This document shows, piece by piece, positions 9,686-20,049 of a DNA stretch of 64,000 nt. The notes beneath the pieces are model-generated. The model made no database searches and was not told the origin of the DNA. It saw only the letters and a list, made by a program, of their open reading frames with translations. The position numbers and the translations under genes are program-made. Each line of letters opens with the position of its first letter. The stretch's first letter is position 1. The stretch comes from an uncultured cyanobacterium (GTDB taxonomy: Bacteria; Cyanobacteriota; Cyanobacteriia; Cyanobacteriales; CAWCAG01): assembly GCA_963803805.1 (NCBI GenBank), contig CAWDOD010000007.1, positions 160,001-224,000 on the forward strand, written 5' to 3'.

Positions 9686-11395
9686 CTATTCTCTCAAATT
9701 ACTGAACCGAAGACTAATAAAGCTAAAAGCAATGAAAATGAAAATGCTTAAAATACTAAGTAAGATACCTGCTTTAAAAACTTTCGTTTTTTGATATTTT
9801 AACTCTACTAAATGTGAACCTGATTCTAGATTTATACCCATAGTTCCATCTGGCAAAACCTCAATATTCTCAGGCTTATCATCAACATACAAACTCCAGG
9901 CTGGGTAGTAGTAAGTCCTAACTTTAAGTAAAGATTTTTCTTCTACATTGACTTGAATTAATCTTTGATAGCTAGCCCATTGGCTAATTTGAAAATCCCC
10001 TTCACCCTCAACAAAACTAACTTTAGGTTGGGCTATTTTTGGATAAGGAGCATGATTACCATCTTCTAATAAAGGAACATACTCAGGTACATCAACTAAT
10101 TTTTCTGTGTAGGGATCATAAAGTGCTGTTTCAATCCATTCACGTAGAGGAATTTTTCCCTCTCCTGGGCTATTGATGGCAGGAAATCTACGAGTCATTT
10201 CGTAACCAAAATGGAAGTTAGCAAAAATGATTGTCAGGATTAATACTACAGGAAAAAGTGTGTAACGTAAGCGAAGATTCAAAATCCCTTTTACCGCTAA
10301 GCCACATAGGGCAGCTTCTCCAAAATAGAATAGAAAGCCAAGTCTCCAAGAAGTTTGTACTCGTTGTAAAGTTTCACTTAAGCTCCAAACTGGCCAAGAC
10401 CATTCGCTAATAAAAAATAATACTATTAAGATATAAATTAGCCAAAACCAGGTTTGCTTAGCTATGTCTTTATTTTTAGAAGAAACAATTAAACAAATTA
10501 TGACAAAAGCAGTAATTGCTAATAATTGCTTAAAAATAATATCAGATAGCCCGCCACTAAGCATTTGGGAAATATCAAGCATTTTTTCTTGAAATGTTCC
10601 CCTAGAAGTTTTCATATACTCAACATTAACCCAAGACTTCTCTAATGTTGCTGGTAAAAGGTATAAAGAAACTAAGCCAAAACCAATGGCTGTAGTTAAA
10701 CCAGTTAAGATAATAGACTGCCAATTCTTGTTTCTAGTAATAAAGCCTAAATACACAAACCAAGCTATTGTATAAAGCAGTAGACTAGGAACATGAGTTA
10801 GGGCTAATATAGACCAGAAAATGCAAAGAGGAATTCTCCACTTTGCTTCATGAATAGCCCTATTTGTTAAGTAAAGCCCTAAAGGGATTAAAGGTGCAGA
10901 AAATAAAAAAGCCAGAGTTCCCCCGTTAAGAAGAGCAAAGATTCCAGGGCAAGTCATGTAACACAAAGCCCCGATAAAAGAAGGAATTTGCTCCCATTGA
11001 TGACGAGCAAAAATATAAAACGTCAAACCAGATAAGAAAATGGCGCTCGAAAAAAGAATAGCCAAGGTTTGATCAATATTTAAGCCCAAAAGTTTTAAGG
11101 CTGAACCCAGGTAATAAACCAGAGGCGGATAGAAAACAAAGGTAGGGCTACCGTAACCATAATTTGTACCAGCAAGCCAGCGAGGATACCAGATGCCCTC
11201 ACCTAGTTGACTAGAGAAATGCTGAATCCAGGTAATATGCCATCTAAAATCACCTAAACCGCTAATTCCATAGCGTATCATGCGGAGATTGATGAGGATG
11301 GTTGCTAATATTAAACCTATAATGAGGATAGCTTCAATTAAGTAGGTTTTACGGATTGAGTATTGTTGGAATAGAGTTAGTAAATTAGAGTTCAT
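9686..11395 (-). CDS. Polytopic membrane protein, PTPS-related/YfhO-like (putative GT-C glycosyltransferase)
   Basis: YPRWL...YGYGSPTFVFYPPL motif, about 12 TMs, C-terminal YYYPAW domain. Confidence 0.8.
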   Translation of the reverse strand: MNSNLLTLFQQYSIRKTYLIEAILIIGLILATILINLRMIRYGISGLGDFRWHITWIQHFSSQLGEGIWYPRWLAGTNYGYGSPTFVFYPPLVYYLGSALKLLGLNIDQTLAILFSSAIFLSGLTFYIFARHQWEQIPSFIGALCYMTCPGIFALLNGGTLAFLFSAPLIPLGLYLTNRAIHEAKWRIPLCIFWSILALTHVPSLLLYTIAWFVYLGFITRNKNWQSIILTGLTTAIGFGLVSLYLLPATLEKSWVNVEYMKTSRGTFQEKMLDISQMLSGGLSDIIFKQLLAITAFVIICLIVSSKNKDIAKQTWFWLIYILIVLFFISEWSWPVWSLSETLQRVQTSWRLGFLFYFGEAALCGLAVKGILNLRLRYTLFPVVLILTIIFANFHFGYEMTRRFPAINSPGEGKIPLREWIETALYDPYTEKLVDVPEYVPLLEDGNHAPYPKIAQPKVSFVEGEGDFQISQWASYQRLIQVNVEEKSLLKVRTYYYPAWSLYVDDKPENIEVLPDGTMGINLESGSHLVELKYQKTKVFKAGILLSILSIFIFIAFSFISLRFSNLRE

Positions 11396-11552
11396 AGAAG
11401 TAAACTTTCTTCGTTCCTGCCATGAGAATTAGGAAGATGATTCAAAAAAATTCTAGCTACATTTTCGGTTTATCTACGTTTTAAAATTATAAAATTAATT
11501 CAGCTTAGCACCATCGTAGTGCCTTGTTTTACTATCAATCTAGTGAAATTGT

Positions 11553-12164
11553 TCACTCTGTCATTTCCAATAGTCCTTTATAAAAAACTTGAAAACTCGG
11601 AGAACTATTATTTTGAGGCATCATGAATTGAGAAATTTCTCTAGCTGCTTTAACTTTTTCTAAACCACCTTTATGGTAACCAGCCTTTTGTAAAACTCGC
11701 TCCAAGGCTTCCCAAGTTCCACCTGTGATTTCATCAGGTTTTCTGAAGTTAGCTTGTTGTCCTAAATGAGGAGAAACTTTAGAATAAGCAGAAACAATAG
11801 CGTTAACATCACCAAAGAACCAAGCTTCAAGTTCTTCTATAGCAATTCTATTTAATAATTGAAATGTCTTCAAGTCTTTACTTGTTGATTTAGTAATAAA
11901 TCCTGCTTCTGTCGCAATATTTTCTAATTTACTTTTTAATTCTTGACAACTTTGCCCATCTCTATTTATGAGAATAATGATTCTATAATATTCAGGAATC
12001 CAAGCTTTATAACCTTTTAAGCGATTAGGCAACTTAGTAAGTAAATCATACTTCCCTCGAAAATTGTGAATTTTATAAGTTATTTTTGGATTTAATATTT
12101 TAGGTAAAAGTTGCCCCAAGCATTCTTTCGCAGAAAATTCTTCGACTAAAAATTCAAGATGCAC
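11553..12164 (-). CDS. DUF4276 family (TOPRIM-like) protein
   Basis: EFLVEE, FRGKYDL, RIAIEELEAWFFGD, NNSSPSFQ; lies downstream of an AAA_21 ATPase. Confidence 0.8.
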   Translation of the reverse strand: MHLEFLVEEFSAKECLGQLLPKILNPKITYKIHNFRGKYDLLTKLPNRLKGYKAWIPEYYRIIILINRDGQSCQELKSKLENIATEAGFITKSTSKDLKTFQLLNRIAIEELEAWFFGDVNAIVSAYSKVSPHLGQQANFRKPDEITGGTWEALERVLQKAGYHKGGLEKVKAAREISQFMMPQNNSSPSFQVFYKGLLEMTE

Positions 12165-12196
12165 TTTTTGCTTTTTCCTCTTCTTTGATATTTCAA

Positions 12197-13384
12197 TTAA
12201 CTACTAGGATTACCAACATCAAAATAATCTTCCATCCATAATTGACCTAACAAAGCACCGTTTTGGATGAATTCTTTAATTCCTGACATCTCTGAAGTTT
12301 TCTTAGCTTGAGTAAAACCCTTTTCATCGCGGTAAAGTACCCAAACTTCCTCTGGTTGCAAACCATCAACAAAAAACGGAGAATGGGTTGTTACCATCAA
12401 TTGTGTATTAGCTGAAGCCGCACGACATTCTTCTGCTAATTCAAGTAATAAGCGAGGATGAAGATGATTTTCTGGCTCTTCTATTCCCACTAGTTGCGGA
12501 GGATATGGATCGTATAATAAAGTTAAATAAGCTAACATTTTTAATGTTCCATCAGAAGCAAACTTTGCTAAGATTGGACTTAAAAAAGGTGCATCTTTAA
12601 TTTGTAGTAAAAGTTGGCCGTTAGGCATTATAGATGCTTCAACTTTTTCAAGTTTAGGAATGCGACGCGAAAGAGTTTGGAGGATTTCTTGTAATCGCTC
12701 AGAATGATCTTCTTTGAGATATTGAATTACATTAGGTAAATTATCTCCTGTGGGGGATAACCTTTCTTGCGCTCCGGCTTCAGGTTGAGTACGAGTTTGA
12801 TCTGCGGTTAAATAGGATAAATACCAACCTGTAATGAAGCGACGTAAAGCGCTAACCCTTGGATGTTTAGCGAATTGCCCCAAGGTACTTACTGCTAGAA
12901 ATTCTGGTGATTCTAATTGTTCAGAAATACGCTCATCTTCTTGATCCGGTTCTTCACCACTGATAACTTTTCCTTCCCCTTCTTTAAAATCCAAAAAGCG
13001 AAAAGGCTTTCCTGTTTTACCCCGTCGCCAATGTAACCATTCTTCGGCAACATGAGGACGATTATTACGTTCATCAATGGCTAAATGATAGGTAATTAAA
13101 GGTGATTTTGCTCTTTCTCTATATTTTAATTCAATAATAATACAACCTTCTTCTCCTCTAGTTCTTAACTCTCTAAATCTTCCTCGTCTATCCCACGCTT
13201 TTTTTAGACCAAAAGTAAAACATTCAGAGAGAAAAGCAAAGACATCAAAGATAGTCGATTTTCCGCTTCCGTTAGGACCAAGAAATACAGTCAAAGGAGT
13301 TATTTTCTTTAACTCAAGATTATGCAAAGCACGGTAATTTTGTACGTGTAAGTATTCAATTCTAGGGATAGATAATTTAGCCAT
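12197..13384 (-). CDS. AAA_21/ABC-type ATPase (putative defence-associated)
   Basis: [14 protein letters not shown] signature, [15 protein letters not shown]. Confidence 0.9.
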   Translation of the reverse strand: MAKLSIPRIEYLHVQNYRALHNLELKKITPLTVFLGPNGSGKSTIFDVFAFLSECFTFGLKKAWDRRGRFRELRTRGEEGCIIIELKYRERAKSPLITYHLAIDERNNRPHVAEEWLHWRRGKTGKPFRFLDFKEGEGKVISGEEPDQEDERISEQLESPEFLAVSTLGQFAKHPRVSALRRFITGWYLSYLTADQTRTQPEAGAQERLSPTGDNLPNVIQYLKEDHSERLQEILQTLSRRIPKLEKVEASIMPNGQLLLQIKDAPFLSPILAKFASDGTLKMLAYLTLLYDPYPPQLVGIEEPENHLHPRLLLELAEECRAASANTQLMVTTHSPFFVDGLQPEEVWVLYRDEKGFTQAKKTSEMSGIKEFIQNGALLGQLWMEDYFDVGNPSS

Positions 13385-13441
13385 AACTTTAAGTCTTTTA
13401 TAGGTTTAATTGGCTTTTTGCCCTGATGCAATTTCAACCCT

Positions 13442-14884
13442 TTACTTAGTAGTTTCTACTCGCTGAGTCAACAGTGCAGCAATAAATAGAAATCCTCCAC
13501 CAATAACCACTGCAATCAGGCGATTATCATGGAGGAGATTTTCCATTACCCAACCGAAACCTAAAGAAACCAAGATTTCTGGTAAGACAATAAAAAAGTT
13601 AAAAATGCCCATATAAATACCGCTACGTTCTGGGGGTAAGCAACCAACTAACATTGCATAAGGCATTGCTAAAATACTTGACCAAGCAATACCAACACCA
13701 AGCATTGGTAATAGTAACCAATACTGATTATCAATAAAAGCTAAAGAGATTAAACCCACCGCACCACACATTAAACAAATTCCGTGAGTCACCTTACGAT
13801 CTGTCACCTTTGCTAAACGGGGTAACAGAAAAGAACAACCCATACAAACAAAGTTATAAGCAGCAATACAAACTCCCGCCCATTCAATTCCCTCTGCATA
13901 AAGGGTATCAGCTTGGCTAGGTGCAGCGAAGATATTACGGGCTACAGCAGGAGGAAAATAGAGAAAAAAGCAATACATCCCTAACCAAGTAAAGCACTGT
14001 ACCCAAGCGAGTTGAGCCATTTTTGGGGGCATATCTTGCCAAGCAGAAATTATATCTTGGAAAGTATCTAAAAATCCGTTCCGCTTATTTTGTTCTTTTT
14101 GGAAGGCCCGCATATTTTCTGGCGGATGTTCCTTTGTCGTTAATACCGTCCAGAGAACACTTCCTAAGAAGACTGCACCCCCAGCATAAAAGGATAACTC
14201 TACTGTTAAAGGAATAGCTTTCTCGGCGCTACTAGTACCAGAAATCTCAAAAACATGGTTCAAAATCCAAGGTAAAGAGGAAGCAGAAACCGTCCCCAAA
14301 CCGATAAACAGACTTTGCATAGCGAAGCCTTTAGTACGCTGGTTTGCGGGTAACAAGTCCCCCACAAAGGCGCGGAAGGGTTCCATACTGACATTAGCGG
14401 AGGTGTCTAATAGCCAAAGTAGTCCGGCTGCCATCCATAATGTGGAAGAGTGGGGCATTAAAACTAAAGCCAGGGAACTAAAAATTGCTCCGAATAAAAA
14501 ATAAGGTCTGCGCCTACCCAAAGGGCCCCAGGTATTATCACTCATACTCCCCACAATGGGCTGAATAACCAAACCTGTTATAGGGCCTGCAATCCAAAGG
14601 ATCGGGATTTGGTGTGCCTCTGCCCCAAGCTGTTCAAAAATGGCACTCATATTGGCCATTTGCAAGCCCCAACCAAATTGAATGCCAAGGAAGCCAAAAC
14701 TCATATTCCAAAGCTGCCAAAAGTTTAGCTTGGTATCTTCTGTTGCTAATTCAGGGGTTTTTTCTGAGTCTTCTAAAAGATTAAGGTTTCCTTCAATCTC
14801 AGTAGTGAGAGTATTTACCTGGTTTAAGATTGGTTCAACGATTTGGCTAACGGACTTCTCGTTCAGTTGTTCTTCGCTGGGCAT
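13442..14884 (-). CDS. MFS sugar transporter (maltose/sucrose, SLC45/MalT-like)
   Basis: WNMSFGFLGIQFGWGLQ, GRRRPY, MEPFRAFVGD, GIYMGIFNFFIVLP. Confidence 0.9.
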   Translation of the reverse strand: MPSEEQLNEKSVSQIVEPILNQVNTLTTEIEGNLNLLEDSEKTPELATEDTKLNFWQLWNMSFGFLGIQFGWGLQMANMSAIFEQLGAEAHQIPILWIAGPITGLVIQPIVGSMSDNTWGPLGRRRPYFLFGAIFSSLALVLMPHSSTLWMAAGLLWLLDTSANVSMEPFRAFVGDLLPANQRTKGFAMQSLFIGLGTVSASSLPWILNHVFEISGTSSAEKAIPLTVELSFYAGGAVFLGSVLWTVLTTKEHPPENMRAFQKEQNKRNGFLDTFQDIISAWQDMPPKMAQLAWVQCFTWLGMYCFFLYFPPAVARNIFAAPSQADTLYAEGIEWAGVCIAAYNFVCMGCSFLLPRLAKVTDRKVTHGICLMCGAVGLISLAFIDNQYWLLLPMLGVGIAWSSILAMPYAMLVGCLPPERSGIYMGIFNFFIVLPEILVSLGFGWVMENLLHDNRLIAVVIGGGFLFIAALLTQRVETTK

Positions 14885-15225
14885 ATGCTAAGGTGATGAG
14901 CTACTAAATATTTATAGGTTGCCTTGTTTAGAGCAGTTGACAAGGTTCGTTGTAGTTGTTGTGCTGAGAAGCTTTGAGGTTGATTGCCAAACAACAATTG
15001 TCCTCCGTTGAGATGCACCCTTTCTTGTCAGGACTCATAGGTTGTTAGTAAATTAGGAAATATGTTACCTATTATTACATTCAATTCTCAAAGACTCGCG
15101 TACTCAGCCTCTTTAAATATCTGTCTCTTGAAATATCTGTAGCCGAGAGCAAGGACAGACGATTGAATTGATTAAAATAGGCTCTAACTTTTTCCTACTA
15201 CCCACTCCCTTCTCAATTGATAAAT

Positions 15226-17079
15226 ATGCCAGAATCGACTTCCTTACGCGATCGCTACTTACAACTAATCGACGATATTGTTGATATTACCTTGCAAGGA
15301 AAAATCCGCTCCAAAGAGCAAGTATATAGAATGCTTGTCAAAGGAATTAGTGGCGGTACGGGGGAAATTTTTGAACGTTGTTTGCAAGAGCGTTTAGAAG
15401 CCACAGAAGCCCAGTTAGAGGTTAAGCTAAAGGCTACCCGCGTTATGAGGGCTTTACAGACGATTCAGGGGCAGTGGGAACGGTGGCAAAAGGAAAATCA
15501 AGACCAAGAAGGAGTAAATGCTGCTGTTAAGCAAATTGCCTCAGCAGAAAGTCAGACGCGGTTACAGGAATTGTTAGCCGTAGTTGATCCTAATCGCAAT
15601 CAGGTTTTATCTCCAGAACAACTAAAGCACTTAGCTAAGAATTTGCGACAGGAAGGAGAATCTGAGGTTGAAAGCAGTACAGGGAGAGAATTACAGCAAA
15701 TAGCTATAGGAATTGAGCGAGGTTTACAGAGTTTTTCTAGCTTAGAAGGGCATTTAATTAGTTGGATATATGAACAGAATCGAAGTCAGTTAGGGTTAGG
15801 GGATTTTCCCCAACAACGAGGCCCGTGGGCTTTTTGGAGTCAGAAAGTTACTAGCCCCTTACCCCAAAAGTTGTTTACCACCCTTGCCCACCAAAAATCC
15901 TTGGAAGAATTAACTCCTCAATTAAGGGAAGCGGATTTAGCAGCTTGGGTAGAATTAGCTTTAATGTTGCAATATGTGCAACGGGGTTTAGTTACTTGGT
16001 TTGATAAGCAACCCTATGATGGGAAAGCTGGTAAAAAGATATCTATTTCTACTCTGCTTACCTTTGCTTGGGTTTGGGCGCAATTATCCCAAGGTTTCGA
16101 TTATGGGGGAGATTTTATCTTTGCTCGTGCTTCATTTCAAATGATGTTGCAAATTTTGCGTAGCTTTTCTCAACGAGAAGATTTTCCTTTATATGGGGGA
16201 ATGTTTGCTTCTTTTCAAGGTAGTTATCTACAAGAAACTATCAACTACTTAGACCAACCCCTAAAACAAGTAGAAAAGACTCAAGAAAAAGCACGCATCT
16301 TAACTTTACTCGGCTATTCTACTGCAACTATGGGACGCTATGATAAAGCAGTTGAATTTTATCAAGAAGCCTTAGAAATTGCTCGTCAAGCTAAAGATAG
16401 TCCTTGTGAGGTTGCTAACCTGAATCATCTTAGTCGCACCTACGTAATCAAGCAAAATTATAGCGAAGCAATTAATTATAGCCAACGGGCTTTAATTATG
16501 GCTCGTCAAACAGGGGATCGCTTAGGAGAAGCTAATGCTTTAGCTAATTTGGGCTATAGTGAAGTCTTCTCGGCCAGACAAATTGAACGCCTTGAACCAG
16601 AGGTTTATGAAACTGCCATTAATTATTTAGAACAGGGTTTAGCCCAATCAGAAAAATTAGGCGACCACCAAAGTCAGGCTCTTTGTTTTAATAGTTTGGG
16701 TATTGCCTATGTGGTTTTAGAAAAACCTGCTACAGCAATTAGTTATTTAGAAAGAGGTATTCAAACCGCCCAAGTTTCTGGTGATTTATATTTACAAGGA
16801 CTTAATTTCACTTATTTAGCCGAAGCCCATCATAGTTTACAAGATGCAGGAAATGCTATTTATACAGGCTGTCTTGCTATGTACCTTTTAGAGCAAATTT
16901 CTTCACGGGAATGGCGACAAGCAGCAGGATTAATGACTATTTTACAAGGACATTTAGGAGAAGAAGTTTTTACTGAAAAGTTGGCACAACAACGCTCTAA
17001 AATTATTCCCATAATTGGGGTTGATGGTTATGATTATTTACCAGATTTATTGGTGAAATATAAAGAAGATAGAGACTAG
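15226..17079 (+). CDS. Tetratricopeptide repeat protein
   Basis: C-terminal TPR array (KAVEFYQEALEIA, EAINYSQRAL). ATG at 15226. Confidence 0.85.
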   Translation: MPESTSLRDRYLQLIDDIVDITLQGKIRSKEQVYRMLVKGISGGTGEIFERCLQERLEATEAQLEVKLKATRVMRALQTIQGQWERWQKENQDQEGVNAAVKQIASAESQTRLQELLAVVDPNRNQVLSPEQLKHLAKNLRQEGESEVESSTGRELQQIAIGIERGLQSFSSLEGHLISWIYEQNRSQLGLGDFPQQRGPWAFWSQKVTSPLPQKLFTTLAHQKSLEELTPQLREADLAAWVELALMLQYVQRGLVTWFDKQPYDGKAGKKISISTLLTFAWVWAQLSQGFDYGGDFIFARASFQMMLQILRSFSQREDFPLYGGMFASFQGSYLQETINYLDQPLKQVEKTQEKARILTLLGYSTATMGRYDKAVEFYQEALEIARQAKDSPCEVANLNHLSRTYVIKQNYSEAINYSQRALIMARQTGDRLGEANALANLGYSEVFSARQIERLEPEVYETAINYLEQGLAQSEKLGDHQSQALCFNSLGIAYVVLEKPATAISYLERGIQTAQVSGDLYLQGLNFTYLAEAHHSLQDAGNAIYTGCLAMYLLEQISSREWRQAAGLMTILQGHLGEEVFTEKLAQQRSKIIPIIGVDGYDYLPDLLVKYKEDRD

Positions 17080-17096
17080 AATTAAGTAACAAGTAA

Positions 17097-17285
17097 GCAG
17101 AAAAAAAGAAAATCGAAGCCCAAGGTATTTCAGACTCTCAAAAAATCATTTCTCAAGGTTGAACGGAGGAAATTTTAAAACTAAAATCTATTGAAGCAAC
17201 TCAAAAGTTAGCCGAATGTCAAAATAGTAAAGTTATTATTGTTGGTGGTGGAGAAAATGATTTGCAATTAACTTTACCAGAATAA
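17097..17285 (+). pseudogene. C-terminal remnant of a prohibitin/SPFH protein
   Basis: Translates as [61 protein letters not shown]. No start codon; internal TGA at 17160-17162. Confidence 0.8.
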
Positions 17286-17307
17286 TAGTTACTTAGTAGT
17301 AATAAAG

Positions 17308-18018
17308 ATGGCTGATATCATTGACTATAAAATTTACGGCGACTCCTTGCAATTAGTAGAAATTGAACTTGATCCTGGTGAAGGAGTTCAAGCAGAAGTG
17401 GGTACTATGACCTATATGGAAGATGGTATCCAAATGCAAACCTCCACAGGCGGGGGTTTGTTCTCTGGTTTTAAACGGATGATTACTGGAGAAAGTTTCT
17501 TTATTACTACCTTCGCTAATGGAGGGAGAGGTAAAGCCAGGGTGGGTTTTTCTGCCACTTGTCCAGGGCAAATTATTCCCCTTGATTTAGGTAGGTTGGG
17601 AGGAAGATTTTTGTGTCAAAAAGATGCTTTTCTTTGTGCTGCTAACGGCACAGATATTAACGTTGCTTTTACTAAGCGTCTTGGTACAGGTTTCTTTGGT
17701 GGTGAAGGTTTTATCTTACAAGAATTAAGGGGAGATGGCTTGGCATTTGTCCATGCTGGGGGGGCAATTATTGAAAAGAATCTTGTCCCAGGACAATCTT
17801 TACGGGTAGATACTGGTTGTTTAGTGGCTTTTGCACCTTCTGTTAACTACGATATTCAATTTGTCGGTGGTTTTCGCAATGCTTTATTTGGGGGAGAAGG
17901 TTTGTTTTTAGCTAGGCTACAAGGGCCAGGTACTGTTTATTTACAAAGTTTACCTTTCTCACGCTTAGCAGAAAGAATTACCTCAACAATGACTATTCCT
18001 ACTGTTAGTAATGAGTAG
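17308..18018 (+). CDS. TIGR00266/AIM24 family protein
   Basis: [38 protein letters not shown]. Confidence 0.9.
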   Translation: MADIIDYKIYGDSLQLVEIELDPGEGVQAEVGTMTYMEDGIQMQTSTGGGLFSGFKRMITGESFFITTFANGGRGKARVGFSATCPGQIIPLDLGRLGGRFLCQKDAFLCAANGTDINVAFTKRLGTGFFGGEGFILQELRGDGLAFVHAGGAIIEKNLVPGQSLRVDTGCLVAFAPSVNYDIQFVGGFRNALFGGEGLFLARLQGPGTVYLQSLPFSRLAERITSTMTIPTVSNE

Positions 18019-18074
18019 GGAGATGGGGGAAAGCAATAAGTAAAGAACATACTGTTTACTTTCCCTCTGACTCA

Positions 18075-18995
18075 TTAATTCCGATGATTATCCTCAATAT
18101 GAACCCTCGTATTTGCCCACATCAACTTCTCCCTAATAATTTGATAAAAAGAATAATTTTCCCGTAAAACAATAAAGTGACTGCGACAATCTGCCATACG
18201 TACTGCAACCCTTTGTCCCGGCAAAATTCTGGTTGCTAAAGCCCCATCTGTCCAGAGAGTATTATTAAGTTCATAACTTCCTAATGGCCAAATATCGACA
18301 ACACAACCGGGGGGAAGGACTAAGGTACGACTAGAAAGACTGAGAGGACAAATAGGTGTTACTGCGATCGCCTCCATACCAGAATGGAGAATTGGACCAT
18401 TAGCAGAAACAGTATATCCTGTAGAACCTGTTGGAGTAGAAACAATCAAGCCATCGCCGTGATATTGATCAACAATTTCTCCATCTACTTCCATCTCTAA
18501 AATTGAAGTGTGCATTCTATCAATACTTGCGGGTTTAACGCACATTTCATTAAGGGCTAAGAAGCGATCGCTAACAGGTTCGAGGTTGTGGCGATTGCCT
18601 TCAAATATCTGTGCTTGTAGCATCATACGGCGTTGTACCGCATAGAGGTCTTTTTTTAAACGAGTCCAAACTTCTTCTGTATCTTTAAATAATTCAAAAG
18701 ATTCTGAGAGAAACCCTAAATGCCCTCCCACATTGACCCCTAAAATAGGAATACCTTCCGGGGCTAAATGTCTTGCCGCAGAAAGGATTGTCCCATCTCC
18801 ACCCAAAACTACTGCCAGGTCAATTTTGCTACTAGAAGAAGCAAGAAATACTGGGTAAGGATTATCTTGAACACCGCTTGGTCCTAATAAAACGTGGCAT
18901 TGACGTTGTTCCAACTGACGAGCGCATTTTTCAGCCCAAGAGCGACTTTGAGAGTCTCCTGCTTTATGGGCAATAATAACTTGTTTGAGCTGCAC
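18075..18995 (-). CDS. nadK: NAD(+) kinase
   Basis: LGGDGT, GHLGFL, LNE, DGLIVSTPTGSTGY; GTG start. Confidence 0.95.
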   Translation of the reverse strand: MQLKQVIIAHKAGDSQSRSWAEKCARQLEQRQCHVLLGPSGVQDNPYPVFLASSSSKIDLAVVLGGDGTILSAARHLAPEGIPILGVNVGGHLGFLSESFELFKDTEEVWTRLKKDLYAVQRRMMLQAQIFEGNRHNLEPVSDRFLALNEMCVKPASIDRMHTSILEMEVDGEIVDQYHGDGLIVSTPTGSTGYTVSANGPILHSGMEAIAVTPICPLSLSSRTLVLPPGCVVDIWPLGSYELNNTLWTDGALATRILPGQRVAVRMADCRSHFIVLRENYSFYQIIREKLMWANTRVHIEDNHRN

Positions 18996-19053
18996 AGTAG
19001 CTCCTTTTGAAGGTAATTATCCATTATCCATTATTAATTACTAAAAACCGTTT

Positions 19054-19698
19054 CTATGTTTCAAGCTCAATACTCTGAATACTTTTTTCAAAATCTGGCA
19101 ACCGCTGCTCAAATTCTTCAGCAGTGGTAGAGTAAGTGACTAACCAAAAAGTTTCGCCATCTTGTAAGACATAAAATAATTGTTTAATTTGCGTACCATT
19201 CTTCTGTGCCTCAGCTAAGATTCGTCCTGCTTTATGTCCATCAATAGCAGTTATTCTTTCTTCTTGAATTTCGTATGCTGGGGTAATTTGTTCTTTAGCA
19301 ATTTCTAGGTAATCTTGTACGGTAAGTTCTTCATCTAACTTCTCTGGACGAACATTGATACTTGTAACTCCCTGTCTAGGGGTTGAGCGAGTATCAAACG
19401 CTAAAAGAGCTACTGCCCCAGGGTTTTGTTTGAGGAGTTCAAGGTTATTTTGAGAATCAGGGGCGACGGTTTTCAGTTGTTCTTCTAAGACATTAATATC
19501 GGTACTAGGATTACCCCCTTCAAAGCTAGGAGGTAAGTTTAAAGTAATACCTTCACCTTGAACTTTTTTCCAATTTGTTTGCGTCCTTTGGTCAGAGGAG
19601 TTAACTTCCTGTTGTTTCGTCACCTCCGCCTCACCACAAGCGAAAATGCTACCACTCAAAAACAAAAAGATGAAAGCAGACTGAATTCTAAACATCAT
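19054..19698 (-). CDS. Lipoprotein, PsbP/DcrB-like fold
   Basis: Lipobox IFA-C; C-terminal FWLVTYST...FEKSIQSI pattern. Confidence 0.65.
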   Translation of the reverse strand: MMFRIQSAFIFLFLSGSIFACGEAEVTKQQEVNSSDQRTQTNWKKVQGEGITLNLPPSFEGGNPSTDINVLEEQLKTVAPDSQNNLELLKQNPGAVALLAFDTRSTPRQGVTSINVRPEKLDEELTVQDYLEIAKEQITPAYEIQEERITAIDGHKAGRILAEAQKNGTQIKQLFYVLQDGETFWLVTYSTTAEEFEQRLPDFEKSIQSIELET

Positions 19699-20049
19699 TA
19701 GATGAAGGTTTCCTAACTATGTTCTTAAGTCTATACGAACTTATACTGATAGGATACCCAGTTACTGACTATTTTGCATAAATAATATCCGTATCTTGCA
19801 TCAAAGAATACTTAGGCTAACTTACTAATAAACCCCTGACCTCTGAATTGACACACCACTAGGTAAACAGAGACGGCGGGGAAGCAGTAAGCAGCAAGTT
19901 TTGAACATACTTAATACCTAACGGCAACGCTTCGCGCTCACAAACCGTCTTCGCTGCGGAGAACCCTGTTTCCCTATTTCCTAGTTTGATAATATGTAGT
20001 TTAAAGGCACATCTTAATAAATGTGTTCATAAAAAATTGACAGGTAGAG

